Positions 36,159 through 38,329 of a stretch of DNA of 38,329 bases are shown here, one piece after another. The stretch is taken from the IMG/VR virus record IMGVR_UViG_3300044723_002769, positions 1 through 38,329 of that record, one strand, 5' to 3'. The translations under genes were made by a program, and so were the position numbers. The stretch comes from a virus (lineage: Duplodnaviria; Caudoviricetes). Each line of letters starts with the position of its first letter. The stretch's first letter is position 1. The notes beneath the pieces are model-generated. The model was not told the DNA's origin and ran no database searches. It saw only the letters and a program-made list of their open reading frames with translations.

Positions 36159-36321
36159 CCCCCTCTACGTCTATACCATGTTTATCAAAGAAATCTACTG
36201 AATTAATATATTCAATATAATCTTCCATAGAACATGGTAAGCATGGTTCTATTTCAATACCACCTTCTGCTTGTTGCACTGCTATTATTCCTCTATCATT
36301 ACATTCTTTACACTTAACCAA
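36151..36321 (-). CDS. Small Zn-finger protein (56 aa)
   Basis: TTG start; CKECNDRG...CLPC; read by hand. Confidence 0.5.
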   Translation of the reverse strand: MVKCKECNDRGIIAVQQAEGGIEIEPCLPCSMEDYIEYINSVDFFDKHGIDVEGVE

Positions 36322-37753
36322 TTCTTTCACCTACATAATTTAAAGTCTTCTTTGCTCTTGTGATAGCCACATAACAAAGGTTAGTCTCTTGTTGTTTATC
36401 TGCATCAGACTTAGCCATAGGATGAGGCATAAGTTGAGGCTCTAAAATCCAAATGTTATCTTTTTCTAATCCCTTTGCTTTGTGAATAGTAGCAAAGATA
36501 ACGCCACGTTTCTTTCCATCACCAAAGATTGCTTTGATGTTGTCGAGAATACCTTGAACAGTATTTGCATTTCTAGTAAGATAAGTAATACATTGTCTCT
36601 TATCGTCAAGAGATTGAACTAATCTTTCCTTGTCTGCTTTTCTGAATACATCCATTTGGTATTCGATATGTTTGTTAAGTAATGGTAAGAAATCAGATAC
36701 TAACATATCATTATTCTTAGTTACTTTACCAACTAGTAATTGTAAACTGTAACCAATGTCTCTACCTAATACAAAGGCAGGTATTCCTTCTGAGATTAGT
36801 TGGAAGCAATTCTGAATTAGAGGAGCATTTGTTCTGCATAAAACCATATCGCCAACTTTAGGGTCAAAGGCTACATTAACATTTACTTCACCATCTTCTG
36901 CATCTTCTCTACATGAGTAATCACTAAAGAAACGATTTGCCTCTGCAACTACTGTCTTAGGACATCTCCATGTAATGCTAAGAGTAAACTCTTTTACACC
37001 TCTAGGAGATTGAGATAATGTATCTTGGAATAATTTCATTGATGCTGAATCAGCACCTCTGAATCCATAGATTGCTTGCTTTGGGTCTCCAACTACAATC
37101 ATTCGTCCACCATTACAGGTCTTCAAAATTAATTGTCTTTGGACTTCATTGAAATCTTGTGCTTCATCAACAAAGACTACATCATAATGTTTGACATTCA
37201 TATCTAATTCGACAGGTAGCCAAATCATATCATCGAAGTCAACTACTGATAAATCCATACAATTGTTTTTAATTGTGGGTAAGTATTTCAAAGCATTATT
37301 CATTTCTAATACACCATCGAACTCGATATTGTATTCTTGCATGATTGAGATAATTGAATCTCTATCGTCCCATTCAACCATTGATGATTTAATCAGACTA
37401 ACTAATTTAACCAATTGTGTCTTTGACTTAAATTTCTTACCAAGTAAATTCTCTACAATATTGTAGGTTTTCTTATTATCAATTTTACAGTTTCTTCTTT
37501 CTGATTTAATCGCTGCAAGTCCTAAACTGTGAAACGTTTTTGCTTCACAATCGTCAGGTAGTTGGTTTGCTAATTCTTGTTGGATTGCTTTATTAAATGC
37601 TAAAAAGCACTTTCTGCCAACAACGTTTTCAGCACCATTTACAATTGTAAAGGTTTTACCTGTACCTGCACCTGCATAGACCATCATGTGAGAATCACCG
37701 TAAGTCATTTCTTTCCATATTTCTTCTTGTTCATTTGTTCCTTTTATTTTCAT
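36314..37753 (-). CDS. UvrD/Rep-like SF1 helicase
   Basis: AGAGTGKT, VDEAQD, VGDPKQAIYGFRGA, TIHKAKGLE, YVAITRAK. Confidence 0.95.
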   Translation of the reverse strand: MKIKGTNEQEEIWKEMTYGDSHMMVYAGAGTGKTFTIVNGAENVVGRKCFLAFNKAIQQELANQLPDDCEAKTFHSLGLAAIKSERRNCKIDNKKTYNIVENLLGKKFKSKTQLVKLVSLIKSSMVEWDDRDSIISIMQEYNIEFDGVLEMNNALKYLPTIKNNCMDLSVVDFDDMIWLPVELDMNVKHYDVVFVDEAQDFNEVQRQLILKTCNGGRMIVVGDPKQAIYGFRGADSASMKLFQDTLSQSPRGVKEFTLSITWRCPKTVVAEANRFFSDYSCREDAEDGEVNVNVAFDPKVGDMVLCRTNAPLIQNCFQLISEGIPAFVLGRDIGYSLQLLVGKVTKNNDMLVSDFLPLLNKHIEYQMDVFRKADKERLVQSLDDKRQCITYLTRNANTVQGILDNIKAIFGDGKKRGVIFATIHKAKGLEKDNIWILEPQLMPHPMAKSDADKQQETNLCYVAITRAKKTLNYVGERIG

Positions 37754-37789
37754 TTTTATTTCCTCTTTTTGTTATTGTTATATTTGGGA

Positions 37790-38329
37790 ATGTGATAGTT
37801 AGGGAAATTGGGTCGCACCACACGACTAGATAGGAGATGTCAACACGTTACCGAACAGAGAACGAATTTTCCAATTTATTATTATCTAAAACCTAACTCA
37901 TAAAGATTCTTATTTTCTAGTTCCGAAGGTAGTAAGACAAGAATCGTTGAGTGTGAAGGGACATACTACTATGGCTAAACAGTAGTATGCCCCAAAGTCG
38001 GGTAAGCCCCGAAAGTGATAAACTTTGAATTTGAAAGGGGAAAGAAAAAACGTACTATGCCGCTTTACACGAAGGTGGTATGATAACGTTAGTCATGTGT
38101 TACCAATGATATTTTATTGCTCATGCCGACTACTAATATTACTTACAAGGGCATAGTCTCGAAAGACTATGACTAAAACTGCTTTCATCATTATTGCGCT
38201 TAGTTCTTTGGAAATACCTTTTCGAAAGAAAGCATTTTTTAGATTGCCATAAACCGACTAAGAATTAATTCGCTCTTGAAGAACTTTCACTACTTCACTC
38301 CCGAAGGCATTTTTCGCTACTTGTAATTC
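37790..38329 (-). ncRNA. Putative large structured non-coding RNA(s), family unassigned, probably 5'-truncated by the window end
   Basis: No ORF of 60 aa or more. Several UUCG-capped hairpins, stems with G-U pairs valid only on the - strand, long-range helices and an internal U-tract at about 38030-38052. Confidence 0.65.

Noticed and set aside
8246-37466. Numerous + strand ORFs within the - strand operon
   Set aside because: They overlap well-supported genes, have F/S/L/I-rich shadow composition and lack SD sites
37828-37840. Anti-SD-like CAUCUCCUAUC in the ncRNA, complementary to the polB SD region (GATAGGAG)
   Set aside because: An 8-11-nt match to an SD-like word is plausible by chance and has no independent support
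37790-38329. tRNA, RNase P, SRP RNA or hammerhead assignment
   Set aside because: No cloverleaf, GAGGAAAGUCC, SRP helix-8 or CUGAUGA/GAAA core recognised

Overview
AT-rich, gene-dense fragment of a tailed dsDNA virus of archaea. The best fit is a marine Poseidoniales (MGII Euryarchaeota) 'magrovirus'-type genome; this is inferred from gene content and archaeal GGAGG/GGTGA ribosome-binding sites, not from a database match. The + strand (1-7585) carries the end of a structural module: a giant, 5'-truncated mosaic tail-fibre/adhesin gene, its assembly chaperone and one more gene. Everything from about 7.6 kb to the end is on the - strand. It includes a near-complete archaeal-type replisome and repair set: DEDD exonuclease, MCM-like helicase, XPF nuclease, fused PriS-PriL primase, Cas4-like nuclease, split PolB, PCNA, RecA/Sak4-like ATPase, RPA-like SSB, RFC small and degenerate large subunits, ATP-dependent ligase, PC4-like protein, a pyrimidine-dimer glycosylase-like protein and UvrD. 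Three observations stand out. (1) A candidate virus-encoded ubiquitin-like conjugation system at 27.7-32.4 kb: a Ubl ending GG-NQ, a putative divergent E2 fusion, an E1/ThiF enzyme, a JAMM protease and several Zn fingers, with a viral TFB gene embedded among them. (2) A PolB split between motifs B and C by a translationally coupled 40-aa membrane peptide, with non-canonical catalytic motifs. (3) A strongly structured, UUCG-tetraloop-rich non-coding region (>570 nt) upstream of UvrD that looks like one or two unassigned ncRNAs. No tRNA, rRNA or CRISPR array was recognised. All product calls come from reading motifs by eye.
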